Assembly: GCF_036365525.1 (NCBI RefSeq)
Contig: NC_090384.1
Span: 55,735,895 to 55,799,894, forward strand
From: Heterodontus francisci
Taxonomy: Eukaryota
DNA length: 64,000 nucleotides
Direction of reading: 5' to 3'
Made by a program: the position numbers and the translations under genes. Shown in pieces: positions 61,091-64,000 of the stretch. The notes under the pieces are model-generated. The model was not told where the DNA came from, did not search any database, and saw only the letters and a list, made by a program, of their open reading frames with translations. How positions within the stretch are numbered: the first letter of the stretch is position 1; each line of letters starts with the position of its first letter.

Positions 61091-63859
61091 ATCAGGCAGC
61101 ACCTTGGAGGGCCAGCAGCATCAACGAGCAGGAAAGTGGCCGTATGACCAAATCAGAGTTAATGCATACAATCCAGCGCAAGATCCCCCAGGTGCCTAGA
61201 TTTTTAACCATTAAAAAAAACTTTAATTTCTCCACACATTGAACCCAACAGCTGTGATCTAACATGCAACAGACTATATGGGTTTGCTGATTTCTCAACT
61301 GAAAGCTTCAGTCCTGCCCTCCCTGGCCCATTAATAAGCTCCTCAAGGGGCTTAACAGGATGTTAATTGGAGTCAAGTAGGTTCCTGATTCCCTTCAGCA
61401 CACCCACTGCCATCTTCACTTTGAAAATTGGACTGCATGCCGCAGGCGTCAGGAACCAGAGATGCCTTCAAAGAACGTGGTTTTCAATCTGCGTCTGCAC
61501 CCATGTTCGCCCCCAAAGCGTTGAAAATCTGCCCACTGCGGTCCAAATCAGGAAGCGTAAATTAGGATATTTCATTCAATATAAGGTACCAATATAAGGG
61601 CAAATCGGACAGCAAGTCTCTGATTTCCACATTTTACTGCACATATACAGACTCTTGAAGTAGCTGTCCAATTTAATGGTGAATATCAATAGTTTCACTG
61701 TTATTCTTACTGCAAATTCCAGGCCAGTACCTCATTGAGAGATCAAGCACATGAAGAGCATGAAATTGCAGTACTTACCCACTACATTCCCACTAAACTC
61801 ACCAGTAAAAGTTAGGACTTGTGAATTTTTAAGAGTGGTAAGTCTTAATCAGTTCCAAATAGCTTCTCTAGCACTAAAAATTTACTTTTACAAATGTGGA
61901 GTCAATTTCTTTCAGATTGTCATCATTGTTGGAGATTTTTCAAAAAAAAAATTCTTTCTCTCTTCTCTTGCTTAGCTTCATCTTTCTTTCCCTCTCTGTA
62001 CATGATTTTACATTTAATTCATATTCGAAATTACACCTCAAGGTTCAGACTGCATTCCTCAGGAACGATTCTTCAATCTGATTGGTTGAAGCCACACACT
62101 GTTACTTGTCCTGTTCACACAAGTCCCAGATCCCCTGTTCAATTTGCAGTGAGGTATCAGTTTCCTGATGACCATAAGTTGCCGCTCAAAAGCCCCTAAA
62201 GGTCTGAAGGCAACGTCAGCCTAATGAACGGTGGGTGAGTGCCATTCATTTGCTGCTGACTACAAAATCTGGACCAATGTACTTCCCTTCTCTTTCCTAT
62301 CCCCTTTTCTATGCCTTTCTTAGTCACCCTGTTTGATATTTACGAATAGCCTCTCGTAAATAAAAGCTAAAAGGATTCTTGGATGTATCAACACAGTGCC
62401 ATAGTTGAAGAAGATGGTGTTCCTCAAGTGTGAGCCCCTGCCAAACATGGGGGAGTCTGCAGCCTTTAATATACAATGCTTCACACTTCTGATCTTTTTA
62501 CCACAAAGTTGTGAAATTATATTAATTCTCCTTAAAACAAAATATCACTAATACTTAGTCTACAGTTTAAGATGATCTCAAAATGTAAGTTCATCCATAA
62601 TTTCAAGTAATTTGGATTCCAAGGATAAACATATTATAAAATGATTTATCAATATGCAACTGTGGAGCAATCACAATTCCATCAGTAAAAAAAAACTGCA
62701 TTTGTGTTAGTTACAAAATAATGACATATTCACAAACAAATTACAATAAAACATGCTTTCATTGCCTCATAGAAAAAGTAAAACAGAATTATAGAACAAA
62801 TATGGGTTATGGAAATCTAGGTTATGGGAGTTGAAGAGAAATTCATATCTAAAAACATTCGAAAAAACAAGAAGCCTAAAAAAATTATCTTTGGTTATCC
62901 ATTCTAATATACAAGCCAAAAATAAAATCTAGTTTGAAGAATTTTTATTCTACACAATAAGCACACAAGCTGTGTAACAGTGTCCAATCACTAACATGAC
63001 AGAATTGTGGACCGATAAGTGCTGTTTGCTACTAGATCAAATCATCGAAGTGCAAAAATGTCACAGGCTCAATTCTTCACTAACTTAAACTAATAAATTG
63101 TCAATGAAAGTGGATGTTGCAACACAGGATGGTTCCTGGCAGCAGTATTTCAAGGCCAGAATGGTAGTCAAAGGGTTAATCAAATCAAAACAAAAGTCTT
63201 CAACTTTAAGGTAAAAACTTATAATGATGGTAAAGTGTTTACCAAGTATCTCTATTTTGCACAGTCACATGGAACAGTGTTTGGAAAACAATTCCAAATA
63301 AAAGTGGGATTAGAAGACAAAATGAGCTTGGCATTGTCCATCCATTTCCGGGTCCTGGATTCAAATATTAGCCAGACAATTAGAATTATTTTTTTCTGCT
63401 GCCTACAAGAATTGAAAATTTAATGAATCTTAGGTGATCTTAACTTCAGTTGCTAATGATTTCAATTCCACAGTGGAAAATTGCCCACATTTCAGTACTA
63501 AACTGTGACTTGGTGCATTAAAAACTGTTCTTCAGAGGCTGGGATCAATGTACATTTTTGGGATACTGCAAAAGGAGCTTAACTCTCTACATTTTCTACG
63601 TTACACCAATCCAAAATTGTGTGATTATATAAACAGTGAAGACAATTAGAAAGATTCCCATTTTCGTCACTAAGGACAAAATTCATAAATTTTCCAAGAA
63701 CAATATTAAGTTTCCATGGTTACTACTAAACAAGGTTGTTTTTCCATCCACAACACAAGTCTTCTTTGTTGCCATTAACATAAACAGCAACAGCTCCCAC
63801 AGATCCAAAATAACTGTTTGTTCTTCCAGCTTCTAACATCAATGTTCTTTTTTGGGATT

Positions 63860-64000
63860 CCAAAGCAAAGGATATTTTAAAACATTCTTTCACACAGGAG
63901 TCTATTGGAGAAGATTCAAGAGTCTGAAATTGGATTAAAAACTGGTTAGAAGGGAGGAAACAGGTAAGAGTTAAGGACAGTTTTTCAGAGTTGTTCATAT
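63860..64000 (+). mobile_element. Old CR1 RT remnant
   Basis: tggattaaaaactggttagaagggaggaaacag = WIKNWLEGRKQ. Confidence 0.55.

Noticed and set aside
62338-62361. ATTTACGA-N8-TCGTAAAT hairpin or terminator
   Set aside because: 8-bp arms are expected by chance in 64 kb, and intrinsic terminators are not relevant in this eukaryotic context.
61100-63860. Exons or 3' UTR of a neighbouring gene
   Set aside because: The region is AT-rich with short ORFs only. I could not recognise any protein motif or consistent exon chain.

Overview
Eukaryotic, repeat-dense genomic DNA from a cartilaginous fish, almost certainly a shark. The HE1 V-SINEs, Deu/SacSINE1-like SINE, HER1/CR1 LINEs and Penelope terminal repeats point to this. 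One host gene can be reconstructed on the minus strand: a B7-H6 (NCR3LG1)-like NK-cell ligand. Its exons are leader (31920-31968), IgV (15818-16153), IgC1 (14095-14415) and transmembrane (9345-9455), plus two candidate cytoplasmic exons (5591-5713, 2134-2276). All are joined by phase-1 GT-AG introns and would give about 360 aa. The promoter and leader exon are duplicated 11.5 kb upstream (43422-43470). The copy encodes an identical signal peptide and lies in a ~430-bp tract that looks homogenised by gene conversion. The rest of the window is nested mobile DNA: CR1, RTE and L1/Tx1 LINEs, two Gypsy elements (one Gmr1-like), PIF/Harbinger elements and MITEs, a hAT MITE, SINEs and Penelope-like repeats. 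The Penelope repeats carry minimal hammerhead-ribozyme motifs. Harbinger-type elements have repeatedly inserted at a GAAAC-ATT target that coincides with the predicted ribozyme cleavage triplet. Nearly all ORFs in the supplied track are transposon fragments or antisense noise. Family names come from recalled motif similarity, not from database searches.
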